Below are positions 48,781 to 58,231 of a stretch of 64,000 nt of DNA, one piece after another. A program made the position numbers and the translations under genes. Source of the stretch: a virus (taxonomy: Duplodnaviria > Caudoviricetes); the IMG/VR virus record IMGVR_UViG_2823732373_000001, positions 1-64,000 of that record; one strand, given 5' to 3'. The notes under the pieces were generated by a model. It was not told the DNA's origin. It made no database searches and was given only the letters and a program-made list of their open reading frames with translations. How positions within the stretch are numbered: position 1 is the stretch's first letter; each line of letters opens with the position of its first letter.

Positions 48781-49239
48781 ATGCACACCTTCAAAGTCAC
48801 CCCCCTTCAACGCGCCAACGCCCTGCACGCCCTCAACGACTTCTGGCCAACCATCAAACCCGAGCAGGTCTCCGGGCGGCTCAACTACTGGCGCACCGAA
48901 AGGGATTGCGAAGGCGAGCCCGAATTCGTCGACTTCGATGCGCCGCCCACCTGCGGCACCGTTGCATGCTTCGGCGGGTGGGTCGAATGGCATGCCCCAT
49001 TCCGCCGGCAGATGGGTCTGAACCCCGACAAGGGCGAGGCGGACATCGAGGCCCTGCACGGGTTGTTCGGCACGGACAGTGATTCACACACGCTAAACAT
49101 CTTCGCCGAGCGCAATTGGGGTTTCGACGGGGACATCGGTTTCGAAGGCTCCGACCACGAACTCGTCTCACACCGCCTGCGCTGGCTGATCGACCACAGC
49201 GAGATGTCTGCTTGCGCTGTTGGCACGAGTGCAGATTGA
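48781..49239 (+). CDS. Hypothetical phage protein, CGTxACxGGW motif
   Basis: AAGGA RBS; CGTVACFGGW. Confidence 0.8.
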   Translation: MHTFKVTPLQRANALHALNDFWPTIKPEQVSGRLNYWRTERDCEGEPEFVDFDAPPTCGTVACFGGWVEWHAPFRRQMGLNPDKGEADIEALHGLFGTDSDSHTLNIFAERNWGFDGDIGFEGSDHELVSHRLRWLIDHSEMSACAVGTSAD

Positions 49240-49392
49240 ATCGAATTTACCGCCATCGTTGGAGAGGTCGACTTGCTTGGCCCGATTGGCATCGGGCACG
49301 CCGCGCAATGCGGGAAGCCCCATCATCAATGACTACGTTGCCGCTGCCAAGCGGACACTAGTGCCAATGTGGCCTCGGCAACACTGCTGCCG

Positions 49393-51864
49393 TCACACTC
49401 GCGCTATTCCCAGACAACATTTTTTGAACTTCTTGCCTGAGCCGCAGGGACATGGCTCGTTTCGACCAACCTTCGACGTTTTCAGAAGCGCAGTTTCAAC
49501 CCTGGCCTCTCGAAGCGAGGCTGCCAATGCTTCAAGTTCGGGGCGCTCGCAAAATGGGATCTCTTCGAGCCGAAGCCACTGCCACCTCGCGTCAATCACG
49601 TCTCGATTTTCATCAAACCTCAGTTCGAGGAGCACTCTGTCCGGCTCCTTATGCATGACCAACAACGCCTTCGCATGTTTGACCATATCCGCCCACTGGG
49701 ACTCACCCCAGGTTTGGGCGACCGGGAAGGCTGTCAAGCGCACCTCACCATGACTGGAGAAGGGACGTGGCTGCGCATCAGGAGAACGTCCGATCTCTTG
49801 CTGCAACGTGTTGAAAAACCTGTCGCGCCACTCGCCACTCATATCGAGTACATAAGCTGCAATCGCAGATCGATGCGCCTCAGCGCCGTTCTGAAGTATC
49901 TCGAGGAGCTTTGCCATGCCCGCCGGCATCTTTTGCCGCAGGGGGGTCGGCACTTCTTCGCCCAGCAGCCGCGCGCCAAAGAACTTGTCAATCTCCTCTC
50001 GATATCCGAGAAATTGCAGATCAGTCCGCCCGCCTCCCGCGAGCTCCTCGGCATGCTGGGCGTAATGGTTATGTCGCAGATATAACCCTAGATGGTCTAA
50101 CTCATCATCCAGTTGTAACCGTGTTGATTTGTAGGCCTCTTTCCGCTGCTGAACGAAGTGCAGAAACTCGAGGGGGTTGGTAAAGATATCTGCGTACACG
50201 CGCAAGTCGTCCAAAGAGAGCGACCAGATTGGATTTACCCCCACCTCCACGCCGATGGTGGACAGACGCTGAGCTTGGGCCGCCAGTTCCGTAAAGGGAT
50301 CAAGCGTGATGGCGCACACGGTGACCTCGCGGAAGTCCTTGAGGCGGACTCTAAGCAGCTCACTTCCGTCGGCATGAAAAATTGGGACTTCCTCTGCCGA
50401 TTGCAAATACCTTAAAAAGCGATGTCCTTGCTGCGCGGGTGCAGCGACCAGGGCCTTCAACGATTTCACATGGGCGTCCACATCAGTGGCAGGTGACGTG
50501 TGGGTGAACGCACCAGCCTTGACCTCGATGATGAGCAGGTGGTCGTCGAACATCAGTATTCCGTCAGTCTCATAGCGACTCGCCGGTTTTCCGTGCTCGC
50601 TCATCCAGTAGTACACCGCTTTGAAGCAGATCGCTCCGGGCAGCAGACGATCAAGATAAGAAAAAGGAAGTGACTCGGTTACTTCCTTTCGTGCATCTAT
50701 CCATCGTTGCTTCTGATCTTTCCCTATCGCAAAGATCTTCTTCTCAAGGTGCCGATAGAAGTGGTCAAACAATGTAGTTTGATCAAAGCAGTAGTAGCGT
50801 TTGTCGATCTTGATAAATGGCCGCTTGAAGGTTGGCCATACCCTTAGGGGCCAACCACTGAAATCACCTTCGCCGAAAAATTCTGTGTCCTGCCCCGGGC
50901 CCCAAGAAAAATCCTCCAGAAATGCCGGGGGCAGATTTGTCACTTTCTGCAGATCGAACAAATCAAACCCCAGAAATAGTCCCGCCGCGCGCTCCTGCTC
51001 CTCCCTGAGGCCGTGACGCGCAATCGAATCTTGCAACTTCTGTTTGATATCGCTTCCTACTGCGAGTCCGGCCTTCAGATCGGCATCAAGGCAAGCCAAC
51101 GACTTAGTTCTGAACGCGTCCATTGCTTCAACTGCATCCCCTATTCCCGTGGTGTGCGCATTCCAGACTTTTTGCAGTTCATCACACAGACCTCTGGCAC
51201 TCAATCCATAGAGTTCGAAGATCAGATCGCTTTTGGGGTCTAGTAGCTCTCGCAGCGCTTGAATCTGATGGTTCTGGTACTGCTCTCCAGTTACGTTGCA
51301 CCAGTAAAGCTGAGCGCGGAAGTGAAACTCCTCGAATGCAGCATCAACACTAGCCGCATTTTTCCGACGCGAAGCAGTCGCGCAGACAAAATACGTTAGG
51401 TTGAGCTTCTCAAAGATCTCTTTCACCAGGCCACGGAGCTCATACCACTGGTCATCTGTGGGCTGTTCGAAAGACGGATTCACTGGCACGACGCTTACGA
51501 CCAGGCTCTGAACGTAATCAATCATTCTGGTCGCGATCACCTGCTCCGCTTGGATCTCGATTTCACTCGATATACCCATCAAGGCTGCACTCCTTTCCCA
51601 CCAAGCTCGATGAAGTAACAAGAGTGGATTCAAGGAGGCCGTTAACGAAGCGGCCTTCGCGATGCTCGCGTCAATCTCTCTGACGACATCGTGCAGCCCT
51701 GCGGCTAGCCGCTCCTGCATCTTCTGGAATTCTTCTGGTTGCCAATGAACTTGGCTAACCATGTGCCGTCCGTACCTAGCCATCTGCAGTGGGCCTGCAC
51801 TGAACACCTCATCCGGCTCACGCATCTGCCGGAAGGCGCTAGACCTTTTACGCTTTTTTCTCAT
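49393..51864 (-). CDS. NERD/PD-(D/E)xK nuclease-like protein with C-terminal SEC-C zinc motif
   Basis: ETDGI...IIEVKAG; GRNEPCPCGSGKKFKKCC; antisense. Confidence 0.85.
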   Translation of the reverse strand: MRKKRKRSSAFRQMREPDEVFSAGPLQMARYGRHMVSQVHWQPEEFQKMQERLAAGLHDVVREIDASIAKAASLTASLNPLLLLHRAWWERSAALMGISSEIEIQAEQVIATRMIDYVQSLVVSVVPVNPSFEQPTDDQWYELRGLVKEIFEKLNLTYFVCATASRRKNAASVDAAFEEFHFRAQLYWCNVTGEQYQNHQIQALRELLDPKSDLIFELYGLSARGLCDELQKVWNAHTTGIGDAVEAMDAFRTKSLACLDADLKAGLAVGSDIKQKLQDSIARHGLREEQERAAGLFLGFDLFDLQKVTNLPPAFLEDFSWGPGQDTEFFGEGDFSGWPLRVWPTFKRPFIKIDKRYYCFDQTTLFDHFYRHLEKKIFAIGKDQKQRWIDARKEVTESLPFSYLDRLLPGAICFKAVYYWMSEHGKPASRYETDGILMFDDHLLIIEVKAGAFTHTSPATDVDAHVKSLKALVAAPAQQGHRFLRYLQSAEEVPIFHADGSELLRVRLKDFREVTVCAITLDPFTELAAQAQRLSTIGVEVGVNPIWSLSLDDLRVYADIFTNPLEFLHFVQQRKEAYKSTRLQLDDELDHLGLYLRHNHYAQHAEELAGGGRTDLQFLGYREEIDKFFGARLLGEEVPTPLRQKMPAGMAKLLEILQNGAEAHRSAIAAYVLDMSGEWRDRFFNTLQQEIGRSPDAQPRPFSSHGEVRLTAFPVAQTWGESQWADMVKHAKALLVMHKEPDRVLLELRFDENRDVIDARWQWLRLEEIPFCERPELEALAASLREARVETALLKTSKVGRNEPCPCGSGKKFKKCCLGIARV

Positions 51865-52248
51865 CGCCTGATGGTGCCAGTGATCGGCAAACGATGCATC
51901 AGGACCGATACGTGTAAGTCGGGGCATGAACCGCTTGGCGGCCAACAGCGAGACCGAATTGCACACCTACCGGAACACACCACGTACATCCAACGGAATA
52001 AAAACATACGAGGGGTTCATGACTGCGCGAACCAACCCTTGCACGTGAGGACTTTCGCGATGGGCGGTGGGCGCCCCTCGACGTGCTGACGACCCGCCCC
52101 CGCCCTCCTTTGAACAGTGCCGCTGGCCACCTCAACGTGCAACGCCAGCACCCCGCCCCGACAACGTCATAGACCACAAAGGCCGACCTGGCTGCAACCA
52201 GGAAAGCTGGCCGGCGGCGTTGGTCGGGGCACCTATTCACCACCCGAG

Positions 52249-52275
52249 GGGCTGTCTCTAGAGACAGCCCTTTTT
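52249..52275 (+). terminator. Intrinsic terminator
   Basis: GGGCTGTCTC-TA-GAGACAGCCC-TTTTT. Confidence 0.75.
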
Positions 52276-52374
52276 CGTTTCGGAGACTCAAATGAAATTC
52301 GCATACCTCGCGGCCTGCAAAGGCCACCTCGTGCCCGTGTTCCGCCGCCTCCACCGTCACCCGGTGCGCTGAAC

Positions 52375-52746
52375 ATGGACAACCAGCAGTTCTTCGACAA
52401 GACCGTCGCCTTCCTCCGTACACAGGGCGAGGCCGCCGTCACTGCCAACGGCGCATGCCGCTACCGCACTTCACCGTCCGAGGACAGAGTTCTCATGTGC
52501 GCTGTCGGCTGCCACATCCCCGACAACGTCTACAGCTCGGGTTTCGAGGGCGTCTCTGCGAGCGAGCTGCTTCGCGTCAGCAATGACGTGTGCGCGCTGT
52601 TCGGCGGCGTCGACAGGGCCCTGATCGAAGCAATGCAGCTCGCACACGACGACGGCCTCGCCGTACACGGCTTGCACGCATTCGAGGATCAGGTCGAGAA
52701 CATCGCCTTCGACTACGGCCTCAAGTACATCACGCCAGAGGCCTGA
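52375..52746 (+). CDS. Hypothetical phage protein
   Basis: QG...CRYR...CAVGCHI...LAHD pattern. Confidence 0.75.
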   Translation: MDNQQFFDKTVAFLRTQGEAAVTANGACRYRTSPSEDRVLMCAVGCHIPDNVYSSGFEGVSASELLRVSNDVCALFGGVDRALIEAMQLAHDDGLAVHGLHAFEDQVENIAFDYGLKYITPEA

Positions 52747-52747
52747 C

Positions 52748-53161
52748 GTGGCAATCAAACTCGAGGCCCTCACCGAACACGAGCGCGATGCGTTCTGGTC
52801 CGCCAACTTGCAGCACGCACTCAAGCTGCTGGCTACCGTGAAGGACAGGCAGGTGGACCTGAATCTCTGGTGCGCAGACACCGAGTGTGGAACGATCGCA
52901 TGTTTCGGCGGCTGGTGCGCGATCGATCCGTACTTTCAATCTCTCGGCGTCAGCCTTCACAAGGCAGGTCGGTATCCGGTGATCGAAGACCTCTACTTGT
53001 ACGACTTCGAGGTCTCTAACTACCTGTTCGGCGAGGAAGAGCTGTTCCAACCGCGTCACGCGTATACCGAATTTACCGATAGCACGCGAGACATGTCCGA
53101 TCGCGAGATCGCTATTCGCCGTGTTACGCAGCGGCTGCGCGAACTAGGCGCCGAGGCTTGA
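52748..53161 (+). CDS. Hypothetical phage protein, CGTxACxGGW motif
   Basis: CGTIACFGGW; GAGG + GTG. Confidence 0.75.
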   Translation: MAIKLEALTEHERDAFWSANLQHALKLLATVKDRQVDLNLWCADTECGTIACFGGWCAIDPYFQSLGVSLHKAGRYPVIEDLYLYDFEVSNYLFGEEELFQPRHAYTEFTDSTRDMSDREIAIRRVTQRLRELGAEA

Positions 53162-53200
53162 CGAGCCACAGCCTTACAACAATGGCCGCTTGGAGCCCAA

Positions 53201-53788
53201 TCAAACTTCGATTGCTGACTTGGTAGGGGGCAATAGGGCCAACTTCATCTTCTCGTAGTTGTCCCGAATATTTTTGATGTGACGATGAATGTTGTCGCAC
53301 CAGACTTTGTCACGCGCCAGCGAGTCACCCTCCGCGCGGTCTGAGTCCGTTCTCTTGCCCTTACCCGAATCCCAGTCGTGAACTGCATTGCGCAAGAAGA
53401 CCAACTGGTCGCGCAGATCAAGCAGAGCTGCAGCCGCCTCCGCAGATCCCACTTCATGCGCAGGAATTGCACTCACCGCTGCGACGCGGCTCTCGATCAC
53501 TGAAGGGTGATATTCATCGAAGAATTTGGCCCTGGAAATCGGCTGTGTAGAGAAGATCTGCCCTACCGCCTCTGCCCTATCTGCACACATGCGGGCAATC
53601 TCCAGGATTGCCGCGCGCCGGCCCCGCTCAGCATCCTCCGCGAGCAACCGGGAGTTGCTCAAGGCGGCCGAGGACTGTGACCTCCCAATCCAGAAGGCCG
53701 CAAATATGGTCGCAATCGCACCGAGCGTCTGCATCCACGACGCCAAACCTGGATGCCCTTCGATCCAGCACAAAAAGCCATCGCACAT
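53201..53788 (-). CDS. Antisense N-terminally membrane-anchored protein
   Basis: AAGGAG RBS; ASWMQTLGAIATIFAAFWI. Confidence 0.75.
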   Translation of the reverse strand: MCDGFLCWIEGHPGLASWMQTLGAIATIFAAFWIGRSQSSAALSNSRLLAEDAERGRRAAILEIARMCADRAEAVGQIFSTQPISRAKFFDEYHPSVIESRVAAVSAIPAHEVGSAEAAAALLDLRDQLVFLRNAVHDWDSGKGKRTDSDRAEGDSLARDKVWCDNIHRHIKNIRDNYEKMKLALLPPTKSAIEV

Positions 53789-53862
53789 GGTCGCTCCTTA
53801 AACCCGCCCGCGAGATTGGGCGCTAGGTCGAAGTATGCCGACACCCCGACAACGACAACCCC

Positions 53863-53887
53863 AAAGCCCGCCTCGAGCGGGCTTTTT
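53863..53887 (+). terminator. Intrinsic terminator
   Basis: AAAGCCCGC-CTCGA-GCGGGCTTTTT. Confidence 0.8.
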
Positions 53888-53906
53888 CATGCCTGAAAGG
53901 ATTTCG

Positions 53907-54623
53907 ATGCACCACATCAAACTCGCCCCCCTGCTGATCGCCAGCTGCCTCGCTGCGTGCGGCGGCGGTGGAGGCGGCTCCCCGAGCATGCCGCTCCTCC
54001 CGTTTGCTGCCGCACCGATCGAAGAAGCCCCTGCGCCCACACCTGCTAAACCGGACTGCTCGGTTGCCCTGTACGGCGATTCGATCTTGCATGGGGCCTA
54101 CAACGACGCAGTTGGAGAGCAACGACTGGCCGAGCCGCCGGCGGCCGCCCTGAAGCGGCTGCGCCCGGCGTACGCCGTCTTCGACTACACACTGTCCGGC
54201 CAGTCGGCGCGCGCGCTGTCGGCCACCTTCAACAGCTTGACCCGCACCGCGAAGGTCGTCGTGATCGAGAGCGGCGTGATCGACGCCTGGCGTAACGACC
54301 CGCCGATCGACACCGTCAAGGCGATGGCCGAGTACGCCCGGGCCGAGGGCCGCATCGTGATCATCACGGGCTTCTCGCATACGCTGGTCTCGACCCGCAT
54401 GGGCATCACTGCGGAAGGCATCGCGCGTCGCGACGAAACGAATCGAGCCATGCGGGCAATGGCGTCGGCCGCGGGCTTCGGATTCGCCGACTTTGGTGCG
54501 GCCGCATTCGATGCGGGCTCCGTAGCGGACCTGATCCACCCAGGCCAGGCCTACTCGCTGCGTCTGGTTGAGCAACTCATCGCTGCGCTGGACAAAGCCG
54601 CACCGGAGTGCCGCCAAAGCTGA
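53907..54623 (+). CDS. SGNH/GDSL hydrolase lipoprotein
   Basis: Lipobox LAA-C, YGDS, SGQ, DLIHP. Confidence 0.85.
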   Translation: MHHIKLAPLLIASCLAACGGGGGGSPSMPLLPFAAAPIEEAPAPTPAKPDCSVALYGDSILHGAYNDAVGEQRLAEPPAAALKRLRPAYAVFDYTLSGQSARALSATFNSLTRTAKVVVIESGVIDAWRNDPPIDTVKAMAEYARAEGRIVIITGFSHTLVSTRMGITAEGIARRDETNRAMRAMASAAGFGFADFGAAAFDAGSVADLIHPGQAYSLRLVEQLIAALDKAAPECRQS

Positions 54624-54637
54624 TCGGCGCCGATAAA

Positions 54638-55423
54638 TTACGACTCAACAACAGGTGTCACATCGGGCCAAGCGAGGTCAACTCTCAGGCATTTGGTATC
54701 CCCGCCGCGGAGAAACAGTGATGGAGGATGAAAATTTGCATTGGCCTTCAGACAGTCATACGGATCGAGGTAGCTCGTGCCGTCGGGCCGAAGAAAATAG
54801 TCATCGATTGGAAACGGTCCGCCCAAAGAAAACAAGAACGGTAGGCCGTGAAGCGCAATGAAGGCTCCAACGACACGTGGCTGCCCTGCTGGATCAACCA
54901 CATCGAGTTCGCGAAAAAGGAACTCCTTGGTGATTGTTGAGTGGCGCTCCACGCCTGCCATAGAGTACATGCCGATCGGTGCGGACATTGGGATAAGCCC
55001 GTACAGAGCAGCCACGATTTCTGGTCTAGCTGGATACCGCTTGCCCAGACGCGTCATGCCAGCGGCAAGATGACCCACGGTGACTTTGAGAAGCCAGCGC
55101 TCAAACACAAGGCCGTCCAAAAGGACGTGAAAGTCGCCTGCCTTCGCAGCGTGAAATTCATCCAACGCATCGCTCAACCGTTTTGCCTCGCTGTCGAGAC
55201 CAGACAACGCAGAATTGTGATCGACGCAAAGGACATTCGCGGTGGCGCTGCGCAAGCCGATGAAGGTGTGATCCGGAATCTTCGGCCATCCCACAACCCC
55301 TATTGCGCCCTCCCCCATCACTGACTTGGTAAAGAGGTGCTCTCCAGACATTCCGCCCGAACAACCACCCAGCTTGTGGGCATAGCACTTCGGGGCCCCA
55401 TCGACATACAACTCAAAAAACAT
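54638..55423 (-). CDS. HNH-like endonuclease domain protein (antisense)
   Basis: CY...C...SGEH...LCVDHNSALSGLD. Confidence 0.65.
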   Translation of the reverse strand: MFFELYVDGAPKCYAHKLGGCSGGMSGEHLFTKSVMGEGAIGVVGWPKIPDHTFIGLRSATANVLCVDHNSALSGLDSEAKRLSDALDEFHAAKAGDFHVLLDGLVFERWLLKVTVGHLAAGMTRLGKRYPARPEIVAALYGLIPMSAPIGMYSMAGVERHSTITKEFLFRELDVVDPAGQPRVVGAFIALHGLPFLFSLGGPFPIDDYFLRPDGTSYLDPYDCLKANANFHPPSLFLRGGDTKCLRVDLAWPDVTPVVES

Positions 55424-55464
55424 CGGTAGATCTTCTTCAGTTTTTCTACCATGTGTTTTAACCC

Positions 55465-55488
55465 AAGCCCGCCGCGCGCGGGCTTTTT
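55465..55488 (+). terminator. Intrinsic terminator
   Basis: AAGCCCGC-CGCGC-GCGGGCTTTTT. Confidence 0.8.
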
Positions 55489-55500
55489 CACGTCTGAAAC

Positions 55501-55899
55501 ATGATCAAGACCGTCTATACGTGCAACTACTGCGGAAGCGACGACCTGCTGCAGGATGCATACGTCCCGCTCAACGCCCCCGACGAGGTCCAGACCTACG
55601 ACACGATCGCCTGCAGCTGCTGCGGCAGCGACAAGGTGAGGCCCATCGAGACGGACATCGAGGCCGAAGAAGAGCTTGGGAGACCGGCCACCAATACCGA
55701 GTTCGTCACGAACCTGATGGAGATCTCACGCCACGGCCCGCTGATTCAGGCATTCGTGATCCAGGCCCTCGACCAGTTCTCGAAGACAGTGGCCGCATCG
55801 ACCCCGGACGCTCTCGACACGCCTCTCGTCAGCGGCTACGCCTGGCATGGCTGCGCGGTGGAGATCCAAGAAAAACTCAAGGCGAGGCCCGGCGCCTGA
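55501..55899 (+). CDS. Zinc-ribbon-containing hypothetical protein
   Basis: CNYCGS and CSCCGS. Confidence 0.7.
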   Translation: MIKTVYTCNYCGSDDLLQDAYVPLNAPDEVQTYDTIACSCCGSDKVRPIETDIEAEEELGRPATNTEFVTNLMEISRHGPLIQAFVIQALDQFSKTVAASTPDALDTPLVSGYAWHGCAVEIQEKLKARPGA

Positions 55900-56450
55900 T
55901 GGTCATGGCAAGAACCGCCCCGCCGCTCGCCGTCATCAGCCTACCGCTCGAAGGCCAGAGCCTGCAGGTGCACAAAGCGCTTGTCGAAATGGGCATCGAC
56001 TACACCGTCACCTACCAGGGCGAGCACACCGACAACAGTGGCTGGCAGCACGACGAGTGGATGTTCAAGCTCACTCGCTACGAAGGGGCCGTTCGCAAGG
56101 AAGCCGCTTCGATGCGCCACGCCTACCGCACCGGCACCGGCCACCGCAAGCCGAAACCCGGCACGCGGCCCTTCGACGGCCGGAAGAACACCCTGTACCA
56201 CGAGGACTGGGTGAAAGCCCACATGCGCGCGGTGGAGCCGCTCGTCGCCGGCCTCATCTACAGCCTGCTGTCCGACGCCGAGGGTGCTACGGACACCTTC
56301 GGGAACTGGTGCGCAGAGCTTGGCTACGACGACGACTCGATCAAAGCTCTGAACACCTATCGAGCCTGCCAGGAGATCCGAGACCAGCTACATCGATTTT
56401 TCGCGGCGGGCCAGCTCGACACATTGCGCGCGCTGCTGGAGGACTACTGA
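55899..56450 (+). CDS. Hypothetical phage protein
   Basis: TGATG coupling; TFGNWCAELGYDDDSIKA. Confidence 0.75.
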   Translation: MVMARTAPPLAVISLPLEGQSLQVHKALVEMGIDYTVTYQGEHTDNSGWQHDEWMFKLTRYEGAVRKEAASMRHAYRTGTGHRKPKPGTRPFDGRKNTLYHEDWVKAHMRAVEPLVAGLIYSLLSDAEGATDTFGNWCAELGYDDDSIKALNTYRACQEIRDQLHRFFAAGQLDTLRALLEDY

Positions 56451-56495
56451 TATTCGCGGCCACCCAGAAGGCGAAAAGCCTCACAGAGGAAATGA

Positions 56496-57242
56496 ATGCA
56501 TGCAATCAAGGAGCGGGCGCGCAAGACGCCCTTCGACCCGGCGCCTGAGCCGGCCACCTTCCGCTACCACTTCACCCGCGTCAGCGGAAATCAGAAGACC
56601 GGCCCGATGCCTGTCACGACGACAAGCAGCAACTCGTGCCCGCCCACCTGCAGTTTCAAGAAGAACGGCTGCTACGCCGAGCACGGCCCGCTTGCCATTC
56701 ACTGGCGACAGATCGATTCAGGCAAGCGCGGCACCACCTTCGAGGAGCTACTCGCTGACGTCGAGACCATCCGCCGCAACGCACTCTGGCGTCACAACCA
56801 AGCGGGGGACCTGACCCCCTCAACGCCGGGGAACATCGATGGCCAGCTTCTCACGCGGCTTGCCATCGCGAACAAGGGGCGACGCGGCTTCACATACACG
56901 CACTACAAGCCGACGCCGCACAACCGTGCTGCGATTCGGACCGCGAACCTGATGGGGTTCACGGTCAACCTCAGTGCCGAGACGTTCGACCAGGCCGACG
57001 AGTACGCGGAGATCGGCATCGCGCCCGTCGTCGTCGTGCTGCCGGCCGACGCTACTAAAGCGGCGAAGACTCCCGCAGGCCGACACGTCATCGTCTGTCC
57101 CGCCGCCACCGGCAACACCGACTGCCTGAACTGCGGAATCTGCCAAGACCGCGACCGCAAGTCGATCGTCGGATTCCCCGCGCACGGCAGCGGCCTGAAG
57201 AGGGCCCAGGCCGTGTTCTTCCTCAAGAAAGAGCGAGCATGA
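56496..57242 (+). CDS. Cys-rich phage protein (Gp88/DUF7227-like, possible Fe-S enzyme)
   Basis: NQKTG, CPPTC......CYA, RHNQAGD, FTYTH, NLS, CP......CxxCxxC. Confidence 0.65.
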   Translation: MHAIKERARKTPFDPAPEPATFRYHFTRVSGNQKTGPMPVTTTSSNSCPPTCSFKKNGCYAEHGPLAIHWRQIDSGKRGTTFEELLADVETIRRNALWRHNQAGDLTPSTPGNIDGQLLTRLAIANKGRRGFTYTHYKPTPHNRAAIRTANLMGFTVNLSAETFDQADEYAEIGIAPVVVVLPADATKAAKTPAGRHVIVCPAATGNTDCLNCGICQDRDRKSIVGFPAHGSGLKRAQAVFFLKKERA

Positions 57243-57754
57243 CCACCATTTGCACTTCATCCGACTTCATCGACGGCCACGCCGTCGAAGCCCGCATCCG
57301 CGAGCTCGAGGATGAACTCTCCGAGTTCGAGAGCACCGCGGTCGAAGCCGGCTGGACTTTCACGAAGTCCGAGACCGACGAGTGGGTCGCCATCGGCCCT
57401 AAGTGGGCTGACGGCAGCGCAGGGACCGTCTACACCGATGAGTCGCGCGACGTCGTTGTCCTCTCTGCCGCCGAGGAGGCCGGCGCAACCCTGACCCACC
57501 TGGCCGACGTCGAGGAACTCGATGATCTCCGCGAACTCCGCGACGAGGCTCAGGGCTACGGGGGTTGGCCGCAGTGCACGCTCATCAACGAAGACAAGTG
57601 GGTCGACTACGCCCAGCAGACGGCCGACGATCTAGGAGGCGTGACCGACAGCTGGCCGCACCGCCACATCGACTGGGACGCCGCAGCCGACGAGCTGCGC
57701 CTGGACTACACCGAGGTGCGATTCCGCGGCAACTCGTTCCTGGTGAGGACCTGA
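57239..57754 (+). CDS. Acidic protein resembling the ArdA antirestriction C-terminus
   Basis: Very acidic; IDWDAAADELRLDY...F.G..F. Confidence 0.5.
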   Translation: MTTICTSSDFIDGHAVEARIRELEDELSEFESTAVEAGWTFTKSETDEWVAIGPKWADGSAGTVYTDESRDVVVLSAAEEAGATLTHLADVEELDDLRELRDEAQGYGGWPQCTLINEDKWVDYAQQTADDLGGVTDSWPHRHIDWDAAADELRLDYTEVRFRGNSFLVRT

Positions 57755-57933
57755 TGGAAGTTCTCGAAGCCGCACGCGCGACAACTGCCCCTACCAACGA
57801 ACTCGACGAAGCCTTCCTGGCCAACGCCGACCGCGCCGTGCTCGTGAGCAAGGTGCTCGACCCTCTGCGCCTTGACCAGGTGCACCGCGCCGCCGAGTAC
57901 GAGCTGCGCATGAACAGAAACGGAGCCGACTGA
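57754..57933 (+). CDS. Small hypothetical phage protein
   Basis: TGATG coupling, GAGG RBS. Confidence 0.55.
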   Translation: MEVLEAARATTAPTNELDEAFLANADRAVLVSKVLDPLRLDQVHRAAEYELRMNRNGAD

Positions 57934-57934
57934 A

Positions 57935-58231
57935 TTGGGAAAATTGATCGCAACGAGGGCCTTCGAGGCTGAGCTGATCCTCGAAGGCAGCTGGGGTACG
58001 CGCCAGCTCGGCAAGCACCCCTCCTCCATGGAGCTGTGGGAGCGCGACGACCCAGGCTGCTATTTCATCGAGTGGGACATCCCGCACATGGATCGCACCG
58101 AGGAGATCGGCATCTGGGTCGACCGCGGCTCTAAGGAACTCATCGACTACGACGGCGTGTTCTCCCTGCCGATCCAGGCCATCGCACTGCTCGAAGAGAA
58201 CGGCATCAAGGTGGGGGCCGACTTCCATTGA
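57935..58231 (+). CDS. Hypothetical phage protein
   Basis: GGAG + TTG; DYDGVFSLP. Confidence 0.7.
   Translation: MGKLIATRAFEAELILEGSWGTRQLGKHPSSMELWERDDPGCYFIEWDIPHMDRTEEIGIWVDRGSKELIDYDGVFSLPIQAIALLEENGIKVGADFH

Larger units (their letters stand above)
44693..53856. repeat. Dispersed 13-bp motif CCCCGWCAASGWC (12 copies found)
   Basis: Plus: 44962, 45164, 45788, 46019, 46819, 48711, 52156, 52518, 53844. Minus: 44693, 45289, 45371. Confidence 0.9.

Noticed and set aside
49393-49470. secA
   Set aside because: Only the SEC-C zinc motif is present; no SecA ATPase motifs.
44693-53856. 13-bp repeats as a CRISPR array
   Set aside because: Too short, irregularly spaced, on both strands and inside ORFs; no cas genes.
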